Below are positions 8,896-23,800 of a stretch of 64,000 bases of DNA, one piece after another (within the stretch, counting starts at the first letter, position 1; each line of letters begins with the position of its first letter). Both the position numbers and the translations under genes were made by a program. The notes beneath the pieces were generated by a model that was given only the letters and a program-made list of their open reading frames with translations, was not told where the DNA came from and did not search any database. The stretch is taken from assembly GCA_964019335.1 (NCBI GenBank), contig OZ025648.1, forward strand, positions 1,054,001 through 1,118,000, in the 5' to 3' direction. The stretch comes from Diplonema japonicum. Its lineage: Eukaryota > Protista > Euglenozoa: Diplonemea.

Positions 8896-11800
8896 ATGTT
8901 ACTCTTCTTATTAACATGCTTGGTGATCTGTGTGAGTTGGGATGCAGCAAGTGCTGCTGAAGCGTGCGGTGCAATAACATGGTCGGAGGTTTCAGGGAAC
9001 TGTGTAGGGCCATTGGGAAGTCCCCCGCTGCTGTGTGGAAAGAACGGTCTGTGGCCGTCATCACCTGTCTGTGTCAACGTGCAAGAAGACGGGACGCTGC
9101 AGAGAAGAAGCCCTTACGTCGAGTCGTCGGTGTTTCAGCATGATGTGATCAGGGCACTGTGTTCGTGTTCTTCTGAGTGCGGTGGCTATTATGTAGATGA
9201 TCAGAGCTTGTACTTTGTCGCTGGTAATGCAGCTCCTGCTTTCAGCTGCGCGTCCTTGGGCAAGCCAGAATGTCAGTCCCCCCACTGTCAATGGGACAGC
9301 CTCGGGGGCGTGTGCACCAATGCCACAGAGCAGTGCCCAACCTGTACATGCGTCCTCCAAACAACCACAGCAACCTGCAATCAGGGAAGCCAGGTGGGTG
9401 GCAGATGTGTGTGTAGTTCCTCCGAAGTGTGCCAGGACGGAGCTTGTGTCACGATGGGAGCGTCATCTTTTTCAAGAGCCAACGTCCTATCAGTAGAACG
9501 CAGCGCCGAACCTCTCATGGCCATGGGTGCCTGCAACTTGGAAGCCTGCAAGATGCCAGGCAAATGGCTGGCAGAGTGGACTTCCTTTAGATGCCAGGGA
9601 CCACACACTGCGACTACCATAGTGATACACGACAACAACACAGCAGACGCTTTCAAAGGCGCCGTCCACGCTGCCGCCACTGTCGCCTCATCGGAAATGA
9701 GTTTGGACTGGAGCATCTTCAGAGATGTTCTCTGCCACAGCAACGGGGAAAACATTACCGGGACGCACTACTTTAATGGCAACGCGTGTGGGAACGTGAC
9801 GATTACGAGGCTCGCACACCTTCGTTCTGTCTCAAACTGCATGACAGCACGCAGCATGTGCCCTTTGCACCACCCGTTCATTTCTCAAGCAGGCACCCAT
9901 TGTTGTTCCGTGCCTTGGACGCAAGATTTCTGCAATGCTTCAGCTGTGCTGTGCAAGGATTGGCCCTGCATGTCAAACGCTGACACCTCACGAGCAGCGC
10001 CGTCTGGCGACTACACATTCGTGGGCCACGGTGTGTGCACGTCACAGGGGAACGAAATCAGCAAGTGGGTTGCCATCTTCGACCCGTCGTACACAGACGC
10101 ACACTGCAGAGCAGAATGCGATGCGCGTGCATCATGTGTAGGCTACGAGACGTTAGAGTGGGAAAATGATGTAGTGTGCTCCCTGTTTGAACCCTCCAGT
10201 GGTCCACCGCTTAACAAATTGCTGTGGACATACCATTTGGGCTCTGGTGGCGCCTTCCCTGAGGAGACAATCTCAGTGCTGGCCCTCAACGGCACATGCT
10301 GGAGGAAGTCTTCATACGTTCGCAGACCTTTTGAGGTGATCGAAGGAAGCTGCTCGTTGGGGAACACCTCACTTGTGACAGGCGTTGCAACGGCAGACGC
10401 TTGTAAGGAGAGGTGCGTCACTTCGAATTGCAAAGCTGCGGTGTGGGATGGCAGCTGCAAAGCGGTGCTCGCAGAGCATATCACGATGAACGCAGGTTCC
10501 GACACGTGTTACTTGAAGCGACTCAACATGCGCCTGTCGAAACTTCGCAACCAGTGTTGCAGGTCATCAAGTATGGGCTTCCCGAATGTCAACATGTTCG
10601 CTGGCCCGGGTGGTGGCCCGGCAGCCGGTCCTGGTTCCGGTCCAGCAGCGGGCCCCGGCTCTGGTCCGGCGGCTGGCCCTGGTTCCGGTCCAGCAACAGG
10701 ACCTGGCTCTGGTCCGGCAGCGGGACCCGGTTCCGGTCCGGCAGCAGGTGGTTCTGATCCCTGGGTCAGGTTTGGTGATTGTATAACAACACTAGGGGCT
10801 TGCAAAACGGCATGTTTGGCGAATTCCAGCTGCACTGCGATCGACTACACAGTGATGAGCAACTGCAACGAATGTTACATGAGCACCGAGGACATCCTGC
10901 TTGACATCATGCCGTGCAATACATCCACGTGCTACTTGGTTCAGCCGAACACTTACAAGCACTTACCAGGCCAGAAGGTTTGCCCTAAGGGCATGACCGC
11001 TTTGCTCGATATGGATGAGTGCAAGGAAGCTGCATCCGCGCTTAGTATCGCTTTTACTTTAGAACAGGTGCAGCTGAACAACGGGTACCCCGACGGGTGC
11101 TGGCTAGACTACACCACTAATGAGCTGCACTTCAGCAACAATCCGGGAAGCCTTGACAGTGTGGCGTGTCCTGCTGCAGGCGGCTACTGTTCCGTCTTTT
11201 GCAAAGATGAACCAGCGTCGTTATTCGAGTGGGATGGGTGCTACTATGAGGACACCACGGAGAGGGAGCTACCGGTTGGCCCCATGACAAAGGATGTCTA
11301 CGTGACCCCCGGTGACTGCAACGTAAAATGCGGAGGTTCGAAGTACTTTTCCATCCAGCTGCTTCCGGGAAATAAAACAGAATGTTGGTGCAGTAGTGGA
11401 GAGGAGGTTCCGGGGCTGCGACCAGCCCCTGCGATTTGTGAGCAGCTGTGCTTCCAGCGACGAGGAGATGTCAACGCTCCCATCAACTGCGTTTACCAGG
11501 CACAGAGCCTTCCTTGCTTCACCGAGTTGCATGCTAGAAAGAAATGCGCACCTGGTATTCCTTACCCGGCAACATGGAAGGGCGAGTGCGAAGCTGCATG
11601 TCTTGCCGACCCACAGTGCCTTGCGGTCAACTGGGCTGCTGAGAAGTCGATGAAGTGCGAGCTAGTGAGGAACTGTACAGAGGTTACCGCCGATGTAAGT
11701 GTCGTTGTTTACGAGAGTCAGGGCTGCAGCTTGGGAGATGTGTCTGGCAGTGCTAGAGACAAGGCGCCCTTCCCGTATTTACTGGAAAGTGAAGGCGGTG

Positions 11801-14800
11801 GTGCATGCGAGAAATTTCCATTCAGCCCTACTCTATCGAGCCTTTTGGGATACTGCAACTTCCCAGTCACACAACCCGGCAGGAGCTGCATCCAAATAGC
11901 AGTTCCAACACCTGGTATAGCAGCGCCTTTCGACTTGGATGGGACTTGTTTGTGCAGCAACAATGCGGGGACGAACCTCGGCGAATGCAAACTAGATGGA
12001 TACTGCCATAGTACTGTTGTTGCGGCACCCGAGGTCACCGCTCTGGTCCCGCAGCCATTGCGTGCCAACGACGTGATCGTGGGAGAGTACCTAGGAGGTG
12101 TCGGTGCCTGCCTGGACAAGCGTGGCCACACGTTCATTACGTATGACATCGATCTTGTTGTGCTAGATGCGACATACAAGGGTGACGAGTACTGGTTGGG
12201 TATTTGTAAGAACATGGTGGCTGACCTTGCCCAGGACTCCTGTGTTGTTGCGGGGTTCCAGTTTTCAGCCGCAGTACCTGAGCTCCCGACATGCCTCATC
12301 CTGACTACTGCCGTTGACGAAAGCATCTCTGCCAGTAGTTTTTTGGAGACGCAACCTGATGTGGTAAGCAATGACTATCCTGCGCAACGCGACGGACAGG
12401 AGAACGTGTACTGCTACATTTACACAGGAGGGCGGTGTTCAGCTGCTGATGGATGTGGAGGGTGCAGTGAGAACTGCACGCTGGTGGACAACCTCTGCAT
12501 GGCCGAAGGTTACGTTTGTAACTCTACCTGCAGCAGCTCGCCCTTTGACACTGTGTGCGACGCTGGGACACTGTCACGTCTAGGACTTAAGGCTAATCCC
12601 GAGTCCCAGTGGCTTGGCCCTGACAGGACCCTGACATACAACACCACTTCCCAGGAGGGTGAAGCAAGGAACTACGACTTCGTTGTGCTCCAAGCAGGAT
12701 ATGACGATTGTTCCCAGGCTGGTCTGCATCTGATTGACAGCGAAGCAGATTGCAAGCGGGCATTGTGCTCTGCCTTCAATGTTTCGTGGTTGCCGTCTAT
12801 TGCTCGGGACAACAGCAGCTTGCCGTCGGGGTGTGTTGTAAGTTGCACTGACCTCAGCGACTGTCCCTTCTATGCCTGGTTCAACGTACGCAACCATTCT
12901 GAAGTAAGTTGCAAGGACTTTGGGAAGTGCCTGTGTAAGAGGGATAGAGGTCCAACACTCACCGCCAGCCCTATGTGCACCGTAAATACTGGGAATGAGT
13001 ATTTTATCCAGAATTATGGTCCTGGGTGCGGGACGACAGATCTGGCTGGTATCACCGCGTCTGAGGTGATGGACATCAGCACCGAAGAAGAGTGTCGACA
13101 AGCAGCTTGCCAACTTCTTCAGATTGAAATCGGCCCTGGTGCTATGAACCACCTGGGAGCGCACCCGATTCACGACAGCTCGGAGGTGAGACCTCTATAC
13201 AGCGGGAAGTACAACGGGTCGGTGACTGTCAGCGCGACGCAGCACTGGCCGGGTGGATGCTCTGTCCAGCTGGACACGCAGTCTAAAGCGTTTGCTGTGT
13301 GGTTCAACCCGCGGAATACGTGCCCAGTGGTGCTTCAGCAACAAATGGACTGCAGTGCTACTAGTGGGTGTGGCTTAAATGCCCATGGCAAATGTAGTGC
13401 AGTTCATGAAGGGTTCAGTTTATGCACGAAGAATGCTCCATGCTTGTGCAAGCGGGACATACTGGCTGGTCGACCCGACCCAGGCTCGAACACACCTGTA
13501 ACACATGAGCCGTGCGAGCTGCACACGGACATCTGGGCATCTGGTGTTGCCAAGACATGTGACCCTTGTGACAGCTCTACTGACATTTCTATTCAGTGTG
13601 GCACAGATGACGGTGTAACACCTGACGAGGAACTGAGCGTCAGCCTCACCTCTGGCGAAACAAAAACCTTTATCTTCAACAGCTATGCAGACCCCGAAAA
13701 CTACATGGTTGTCAAAAAGCACTTCGTGAAAGGGAAGGTGACGTTGGGTGTCATGGTGGGCGATGAGCCTGACCACGACCTCACGAGGCCCCAGCGGGAG
13801 AACAATGTCGTGTGGTACCACTGCAGGTCGGAGCCGGGGCTTGAGTCGGGCACGAATGTTTGCAAGCTTAAGGCGTGCGGTCCCTTTTCAGTGTTGTTGG
13901 CTGCGCAGCAGTCTGATGCAGAGGTGAAATTGTCCATTTGCTTCCCGAAGAGGCCCTGCTGCAAGACGCCGAATGGGAGATGCGCCTTCGAACAACCGAG
14001 TCGCACGCTGGAGTTTGGCACTTCGTCTGTAGTGGTGCCTTCCGTGAAATGTGTTTGCAACGGGAACTTCGCTGGTGCGGAGTGCGACAGATGTCAGAAG
14101 GGACATTTCCCTGAGCCCTACAGCGGTTCAGAGGTGCCCGCCTGCTCGCTGAAGTGTGCGCAGTGTGGCAGTGTTCCATGTGGTGTGTATGATCAGGACC
14201 TGGGTGTGTGTGTGTGCGAAGGGAGCCTGAGTGGGATCACATGCGAGGACAGCTGCCAGCAAGGATACTTCGGGATCTTCTGCAACGAGACTTACACACC
14301 ACTGGAGACCACTCTTGTTCGGTCCTTCACAAACACTGTCACGTCCTTTGTCCCGCCTCCATGGGCTATTGTGTCAAAGTCAAAGCTCGTTGTGACCCTC
14401 AAGAGCAGCGGGCTCAGCAGCGTGAAGTCATTCCGCCTAACTGCAAGGGCACAGCTCACCTATGACGCACCACAAGCCTCCACTGTTGTTAGCCCTCTGG
14501 CGCAGGACAGCATCGACGCTGCGTATTATGGTCCTAGCCCAACGAGCAGGTCGAGCTACATGGAACCCAAGCTCCACATTCTGAGGGGGGACACAGTTTA
14601 CGTTTATACTGTGAGCAATGGTAACTTCACCTTGGAGAGCTCGCAGCTAATCTCCGCTTATTACTCCTCCATGAGCATACATGTGTGCGAGGAGGTGTTC
14701 GGCACGAACTATGCTCGTGACTATGACGCAGCGTTCTTCTTGCAGGATCTAGAGATCGACAAGAATGGGGCGCCCTCAAACATGGAGATTACGCCGAATG

Positions 14801-17800
14801 ACTGGCTGGTCTTTGTCAAAGACAATAAATTCTGCGCGGCCACAGGGTCAGAGAGGAAGTTCTCAGTGGAGGGTGCGACCGCCATACAGAACTTGCTTAA
14901 TCTACAGACGGGTAGTGGCACGAACAAGTTTAATGCCGACTACGACTGCGATACATGTAGCAGCAAATGGGACACTGTGGCAGCTGCACCGTATGAAGGG
15001 AAAACAGCCATAGTGCTTGTGCAGGGTGAGAAGGTTCGGATTTTGAGCAGGCTAATTGATTTGTGCTGCACCGATGACGAGTGCATGTGTGCTGCGCAGA
15101 CCTCATCGACGTTCAACAGCAAGTTCACCGACACCACTTACTCGGCGCTCTACGGCACCAAGGTGAAGGGGAAGTTGAGGGCTGTGGCCGTTGATTATCT
15201 GCGAAGAGACGGCGACGCCTTCCCGTCCCTTGTGTTCGGTGAATTCAGCACCCTCATCACATACAGAGGGAATGCATCTCTAGTTGCGACTGGCACCATC
15301 CTAAGTGGCATGGAGCTGCCTGCCTCCTTGGAGATCAAGTCGGGCAACACATACAACGCAGCCACACTTGAGGTCGGTGCATCTGTTGTGAGCGGTGCCA
15401 AGTCCCTGCAATACACAATCATCGTCAAAGACTCGCGGGGCGTGACTATTGCTCTCGACAACGATGCCATCGTTCCTGTTCTCTTGGAGTGCGGGCTGCC
15501 TCTCACAGCTGCACAGAAGCAGGCTGTTACCACTCTCTCTGCTGTGTCGCCTTCCGATGGTGCACCCCTAGACACCTTCATTATAAATGAGGAAGACTGT
15601 GTGCCTGCAACTGGTGACAAGACATTGGTTGGCAGCAGTTCAAAAGGTGTGTTTGCTGAAGAGGAGTCCAAGAAGGAGTTCGCCTTTGACCACTTGGCGA
15701 TCAGCAAGGAGGGCAGGTACCGCATTGTGTTCCAGCACCCGAAGTCAGGCCTCCATGTGATGTCCGGCATAATCCAGGTGAGCGCAACGGACTGCTATTC
15801 GCCGGACTTGTGGGAAGGCGCTAGTGAGTGTGACAGGAACTGTCTTGCAGAAACAGCCACCTCGGGTCTTCATGTTAGATGCACTTTGGACTTCTCCGCA
15901 AACATGAACTGGGCGCAGTTGAGCATCAGTACAGAAGGGTTCGTGACTCTCGATGTTGGACTGCAGATAGTGCAGCCGTGCTGCGAAGGTAACGGGCTCT
16001 GCTGCAACGGGAACATCGACTGTGACAAGCATGCGCCCAGCGTGCAATATTCCGATGGCTATCGTTGCAAGTGTCTCGCGGACGCTGGGTTAGGGTATTG
16101 GGACCAGAGGAACCACTCGCACTGTAAGTACTGCAAGCCTGGATTCGCAGGCTCTCAGTGTACACGATACACTGGCAGCACGCAGGTGGAGAAGGTGCTC
16201 GATAACACAATGGAGTCAGGAGGAACCGAGACTTATGTCGTTCCTGTGGCTCCCGAGACGCCTTTTTCTGTTGAAATTAACAGCACAGTGGGCGATGCTG
16301 ATGTCCTCATAGGGTTTGGGAGCTGCCCCGGCCAGGGACTCATCACAAGCAAAACTGTTTTGGTTGAAGGAGAGTTAGCCGTGCCATGCAACGGCCTTGG
16401 CACGTGCAAATTCCATGACACTTCGGCGCCCTACTGCGACTGCTTCGCTGGTCAGTGGGACGCAGACTGCAGCAAGGAGTGCTGCAGAAGAAACGGTGCA
16501 TGTGATGGTTCCCTCGGCACAGGATGCCAGTGTTTCAACGATTCCGATAGAGGGTTTTGGGGGAAAGCGGACACCTTCTGCGTGGGAGGGGTTTGCAGCG
16601 ATCTTGGAGGTGCTGACAAAATCCCAGTCGATCAGTGCTTGTTCGCAAATGCGTACACACCGTACCAGTCATGTCGCGAAAGTGCCATAAGCGGCAGCAA
16701 CCTACTTCCCTTCCGTGCATGGATGTCGTGGCGCAACCTTACAGGTGTCACGAAGGACAGCATCACCTACGGTGCTATTGTGTACGAGGAAGACGACGCC
16801 GAGGACTGTTCGGGACAGCAAACTGTGCGTGTCTATGCAACTGACGATAGCAATGCTCGTGAATACAACCCCCGCGACCGATGGATCCCGCGGGGTGTAA
16901 CCCCTTGCAATGTCGCACAGACCCGATCGACGTTCATCATTGGGACACCGAACTGTGGACCTGAAGCCACATGGGACGAAGGGAAAAAGATGTGCAGCTG
17001 CGACTCTCCTTTGGTGTGTGCTGTTGGAAAATGTGTGCAGAGTGAAGGCACATGTGGGTCGCCGTCTCAAAACTGTACTGCTCCGTGGGGTTGGGGTCCT
17101 AACCCAAAGATGATCAATCATGGAGGAGCGTGCAGGTGCGTTACCAGTCAAGCACCGAACGACGAACTTGGCGAGTGGGTCTGTGAGAATAGTGCGTGTC
17201 TGGAAAGCGTCCAAGATTTATCATACAACTGGACAGAAGCCGACTTCGAAGGATTCACACACAGCGACATCACCATGGGCCGGGAAGAGGCCCAGCTGCA
17301 GTGGACAAGCGTCAACTCCAAAAGCAGGTTCTTCTACGAAGTGACAGCTTTCAAGCAGAGCGTGCCTCGTTTAGGGAACAAGCGTGTTATCGACATCACA
17401 GACTGGCTCCAGAGATATACCACAAACCTTAAGACCGCAAACTTTGACCTAAGTTTTGTGCTGGTGACTGAGGATGTTGGTAAGTGTATTCCTACGTCCG
17501 TCGGGCCGCCCTCCCTTGTGCTGAAAACGTACGGGAATAGGCAGCCTTCGAGGTTATTCTTCTCGACAGAGGTCACGGAACTGACAACGAAGCAAGGTGG
17601 CCATCCATTCTACTCGCTTGTCACTTCTAACTCTGCTCAGCACGTAGATGACATCTTTGCACCCGCGCCCGTCAAATCTGCGGAACATACACGATACGTG
17701 CAGCGCTATGCGACTACCGCCACATACAGGCCTGAGAAGAGTGATGCGTGCGGCGAGTTTTCTAACAATTCCCTGTCTTGCGGTTGCGGGAAATTAGCCA

Positions 17801-20800
17801 ACGACACCAGTGAGGGAGGGAGGTGTAACTGCCCCGAGGACACTCTGTTCCAGGACCCTACTGACTTCGTTCAGATTGGCGAACATATGTTCTTCCTTGC
17901 TATCACAGACTGGGAGGGTTCTCCTAAGGACGCTTCTGCCCCTTGCGATGGCGACAGAACCGCTGGGATTTTCCAAGGCCCACGTGAGTTGTACTATACT
18001 AAGGGGATGCCTAAGAGCGCTGTTGGTGATGTCTCTGAGGCCACGTCCTCAAACACTCGCCATGGATCGGGGGCGTACCCCATGCTCTCGTCTCAATACA
18101 CTGAGGCTGAAATGCGGCAAAGCATGCTTGGCATACGTGTTTTCACGAGGGCGAAGGAGCTGACCAAGATGCCGAATCCTGACTGCGCACCCACCGCAAC
18201 CGCGCGGTGCCCTGCCGATTCGTACCATGATGAAATACTGGTGTACGTGAGCGTGGACAGGGGGGGCGATTCAGTCGTTGTGTCGAAAGATGTCACAAAG
18301 CAGTCTAAGATACAGTCCGACCTGCTCCCGAAGCTGTGGCGCTTGAAGCTCCATAAGTCGACAGTGCCCTCTTCGCAAGCGGAGCTTATCGCGAACGACG
18401 TTATGTTCCCTTCTTATGTGACGACGGTGCCCATTGTGAACACGGCCGTGTTGAAGCATAAGCAGACTATGCTGCTGTTCCTAGCGCAGGGTAAGTTCAC
18501 TGCAGCGGACGATGACTTCTCACCGTTAGGAAAATCGTACGGAGAGGGGGGCAAGACCAGCAACCACCAGTATCTAGCGGCCACGAGGCTGTCCGTTTAT
18601 GCATCAGACGGGTCGCCTGGGAACGCAATTCTAGTGGTCGATGCCGTTGCAGACAATGTGCCTACCTGTGTGCACGGGCAGGGACACCCCGGGTTCGTTT
18701 TCTTCAAGGGTTTTATCTACTTCTACTTCGACAACGGCGACAAGGGAATGCAGTTGTACAAGTGGGACACAGAGAACCAAAATCTCAAGGCAACCGTAGT
18801 GCAGCTCCAGATTATGAGAGAGACAGGCGAGATAGAAACACTCCGTCCTGTAATACCCCCAACACATAAAGGATACTTCCGGCCGGTGGTCGCTAAAAAC
18901 AACCTGCTGCTTTCGTTAGGCTCGTCAAACAACGGATCATGGGAGACCACCAGCGCGGGGGGCTGTCTACAGCTTAAACAGTGCGGGTTGAAAGTCCACA
19001 CGTACCAAAAGAGCTTTGCCTGTGTGAGGGAAGAGATTGGTGCCGTTGAGATGTGGTGGTGGAATGGTGACGAAACACCACAACCAAAAGGAGCGAACCT
19101 GGGAGTCGTAAGCGGAAGCGAAGAACCTGCAACTGATCCAAAATGGGTCCACAAGACGAAGAAAGGTGTGTTTTGGGTGTCACATTATGGTGGGATGAGT
19201 AATATTGGGGTATTCCTGAACGAAAGTGTAAACGGAACAACCTACCCAACGCCGCAGTACGTATCCCAGGAGAGGCAGGCATTGTGGTTCGCGCCGTACA
19301 GGTCATTCGTTGGAACAAATGCTACCCCAGAGGCGACCCTGGTGTGGAACACCGATACACCCGCTGAAATGTACGGTTTTACCAATTGGGGGGACGAGGT
19401 ATACTTCTGGAGCTACGACCCTGACGTCCTGCGTGATGTATACAACGACCTTGACAACACGAACAGCACATGCTTCCCCCCAGGTAGGCTTCAGGATGTG
19501 CTCTATAAGTCAGGAACGGACATGAAGTTCACGAAAGTGATGAGTGGTGCAAACGTCCCTGCCTATGCTGGATGCAGAAGAAAGCTCTACAAAATGCCCG
19601 ACTCCGGCGACAGCCCCCCTGTGGAGGTCATGGAGGGGTCACCAAACGATGGTCTCGGCGTGCCGAAGGTGCAGTGCTGCGGCGACAACTACGACACCGA
19701 CGTTGACTCCACCGGCTGGCCGGGTGGTTTTTCAATGAGCGACCCTGGGGGCCTTCAAGCTGGTAGGTCATGCAACTACGGCACAGACCCCGACTGTAGA
19801 CCTCACGACCCTGAACTGAACGACACAGTACTGCCTAAGGGCTGCTTTTCGTGCTACCTGCCGCGTACGTACCCCCCCTTGGACGCGGTGTCTGACTCGC
19901 TTGATTTCTTGTATCCCAACTACATGAGTGCCACAAACGAGAAATATTCCACGAACTACTCGTGGAGCAGACCCAACACAGGGTGGTGGTTTACGGGCTT
20001 CCAGAGCATATGGTTGGATGAAAGGGTGGGGAGAGCTGCCGGAGAAGCTGTCGATGCAAACGGTGCATCATCGAACAACCACATCCGCGGAGGGGAACTG
20101 TATCGTCCTGGAGGGTTTGCGTGGAGAGAGCACTGGCCGCGCGTGATGGCTGCGTGGGAGGAAGTGCCTACTGTTATACATGACGACTGTGAGGACTGTC
20201 GGAAGGGATATTATGGTCCGAAGTGTTCGATACAATGCCCAGTGAGCGAAAACTCAAATCATTGCCCCGGTGTACAAACGGAAGTAGAATGCCACTCAAC
20301 TTCGCTGTGTCTGTGGGACGACGGTGCTTGCAGGGCTGCTCCGTGCAGTGGCTTCCCATGTGCTGATGGTGTCTTTGGGAATGGCACGTGCATCTGCCCG
20401 GGTCTGGGACACAGCTGCGCCAACACAGTGGCAGTTGACAGCACGTATGTCTCTGTGGCTGCTGATGCACCCTTTGGGGTGTACTCTGACTGCGAGCAGT
20501 GCGCAGATAACGACTGCATAGTAAACGGTGTTCCTTATTGTGGACGGCCTGACAACGGTACGTGCACATCTGAGTGCGGTATACACAACAACGAGCCTTG
20601 CTGTGGTCGCAGCCCCGAGCCCATGAAGGTGTCCAGCAGAGACTGGATTGTGCTGCGCTTTGATGATGTCAACATCCCCAACAACGCTTCGCTGAGCCTA
20701 CACCTACAGGAGATCGAGAGTGCTCCTTGTACCGCAGCCTCGCGTCTCAAAGTACACTTGATCTCTTCTCTTGCTGACATCGAGGGTAGTGCCACTTTCA

Positions 20801-23800
20801 TCGATGTAGTGGAGGCAATGCTGAATAACACTGAGGCAGGTAACTACGACATAGCAGAAACGCAGCCCAAGGAGCTTGTCATCGAATTGAACCCTGCTGC
20901 TTTCCAGCAAGGCGTGCAGAACATCACAATGGTAGTCACTGGTACCACCGCCACGTGCGTTCCAATGTTCGCGCCGTCTGAATACATTAGCAACTGGGTA
21001 ACGTACTGCAACTCTGGAGCACTTGAGGGTTGCAGGGATGGTGCAGCCCCCAAAAATGCTAATAAGAGGATAGACAGAGGGGATGCAGGTGCTGTATTAG
21101 GTATCCATTCAGTTCGTGATGGGGCTGCTGCTGTTGCTTCTGTGCAGCCGCGTGTTTTAGAGCGCAGAGTGCACACCACGGGACGTACTGCACAGGTTCT
21201 CGAAGCAGCCCCCCCGAGTAGTGACGCATTCTTCTCTGCGGGCAACACGCCTTACTTGGAAACTATATTTCAAGAACCTGTGTGCACGCTCATCGGGACT
21301 GACAGATTGGAACACTGCAGGCTCCTCACTTCCCTCGACACAGGGTTTGTCTTCATCCGTGTCACAGCCTTTAAGGCACACACGACGTACGACATGACGA
21401 TACAGCGTACTGACCAAGGAAACTTCAACAGCCTGCAAAAGTACGGATCATGCTTGGCGTCGGACCTTGACGGTCACTGGTCGGGAGAGCTGTGTCTTGA
21501 CTGTGCATACAGGTACGAGGGATCCAAGTGTGACGCTTATGTGCCTGGTTCATGTGAGACAACAGAGTGTCTGCCTGAGAACGGTGAGTGCGTTTCAGAT
21601 CCTGACACAAATAACCGATACGAGAAATGTCATTGCCACGCACAGAAGTTCGGCTTGTATTGTAACATAACATGTGACAGCAACAACTGCCACATGGGGG
21701 TATGCGCCGAAACAGGCGAATGCGCCTGCTACGATGATGACACCAACGGCCACTGGGCTGGTGGCAACTGTGACGAGTGCTTGGATGGCTACTTTGGCAG
21801 CAGCTGCAACAGGCAATGTTCATGCAACAGTGGAAAATGCAACTCGACTTCTGACACAGGAGCATGCATCGAGGGCAGCTGCAGTGGAAACTATGAAGGC
21901 GATAGCTGTGACAGGTGTAAAGACGGCTACTATGGTACGACGTGCAACGTGCTCTGTGACAGCACGACGTGCACGAATGGGAACTGCGACTCGGAGGGAG
22001 ACTGTCTTTGCAATGCTGAGGCTGGCTGGTACCCAGATAGTACGGGTGCTTGTGTGGTGCAGTGCAACTCAACAACCTGCCATGGACACGGGACGTGTCC
22101 TGCCAGCAACGAGAAAGTAGCAAACTCCTCCGCACCTTGTAAGTGCTTCAGTGCATGGGATCAAAGCGAAAGCTGCGCAAAGTGCACTGCGGCATACTGG
22201 GGCGAAAACTGCGAGAAGGATTGTTTATGCAACCTAGCTGGTATATGTAACATGGAGACAGGAACATGCGAATGTTACTCTGATGACCAACGGGGCTACT
22301 TCGAGGGTGACAGGTGTCAGAGATGCAAGGAGGGCTACGCAGGAGACTGCAAGTCACGCGTCACAACATCGAGCACCGAGAAGCTTGGAAAGGCTTACGA
22401 CGTGTTCAGTGGGAAGGTGAACCCAAAGGCCACCGATGTGTTCCCCCTCACAGGCGCTATTTACTATACAACAGTACAGAAGATGGTGAGGAAGATCTTA
22501 AGCAAGCCAGATCTCACCGTCACAGAAGAGGAGGACTCTCTGCTTGCTTCGACTGGCACGGAACTCATATTCGCCTCTTCAGGGAGCAGAAACACATCCC
22601 TTCCAATCCTCCTCCCGGTAGAGGTGTGGACAAAGACAACTAGTACAAGCACTGATTTTAGAGACAAGTGGGTCACTGATTTCAGTGTGCACACGAGCAG
22701 CAGCAACGTTGCTGTGGTGGGGAGGAGCGTGCAAGGTATCTTCCAGGACCGTGAGTATCTGTACTTCGTTGTAAACGACGAGTCCTCCTCGTACATAGGC
22801 AGGGTGTGGGCATACTACAATAAGGATGTGATGTTCAATCTTTATCCGCACGACGGGTTGAAGTATCTCAGCAAAGACCGCAGCTTGCCCTTCAACTTCA
22901 CGGAGACAAAGACATGCAGCGTGGGGTGCTCAGTTGGGCAGCAAGTGCTCGTCTATGCAGACCCTTCAAGGAGCATCCCCTCGCAGCGTGGGCTCGTCGT
23001 GGCACATGCAACCTCTTCCAAGAAACCGTGGGTGATTTTAGAAGATGGTGCTGACTGCAACGTCACGGAACAATGTAACCCTCAACACCCGAAAGCGAGA
23101 ATCTTCTCTAATTTAAAGATACGACCCTTGCGTGGTGTTGTCTTCTTAGAGCCCACCAGGCCCACACCTGTGACGGGGACCAGGCAATACACTATCGTGG
23201 ACTGGGCTTTCCTCGAAGCGACGCACAACGTGATCGCAATCATCTTAGAATCAACTGTGAATCTTTTCGGCGAGGTGACCCCCGCCGCGTACCACCTGCA
23301 GCAGGTGCGAACAGACTCTTTTGAAGACTTCATCCTGTCGGATGTCAATAGCTTCGAGCTGCAGTCATTCGACCCGTCTGTCGCAGGGAGTGTGATAGAC
23401 GCACTTTACGTCTACCAGGACACCACTGGGACACCCGTGGCTATCGTGTTCGGGAAGAACACCAAGGGAAGGTCCATTATGCAGAAGATCTTCTTGCCGA
23501 CGGAAAGCCAGCCAACGTATAGGAAGGTACTCGACCTCGTGCCTGGGGTGTGTGAACAGGTTGCCTGCCTGAAGATGGAGCGAATCGTTCCCATTGCGCC
23601 GATCGTAGGGAACGTGTATGACAGGTCGGCAGCACTCCTGTTCATCAGGACCACAGGCACCACGAGTACGGGTGCCACAGACACGCAGTATGTGGTGCAG
23701 CGTCTGGACACAGTCGGCCTCAAGAACCAAGGCACCACGCCGTTGCTTGACCACGAACTTTGTGGACAGCTTACTGACCAGCCGGGCTGTGCAGCAGCAA

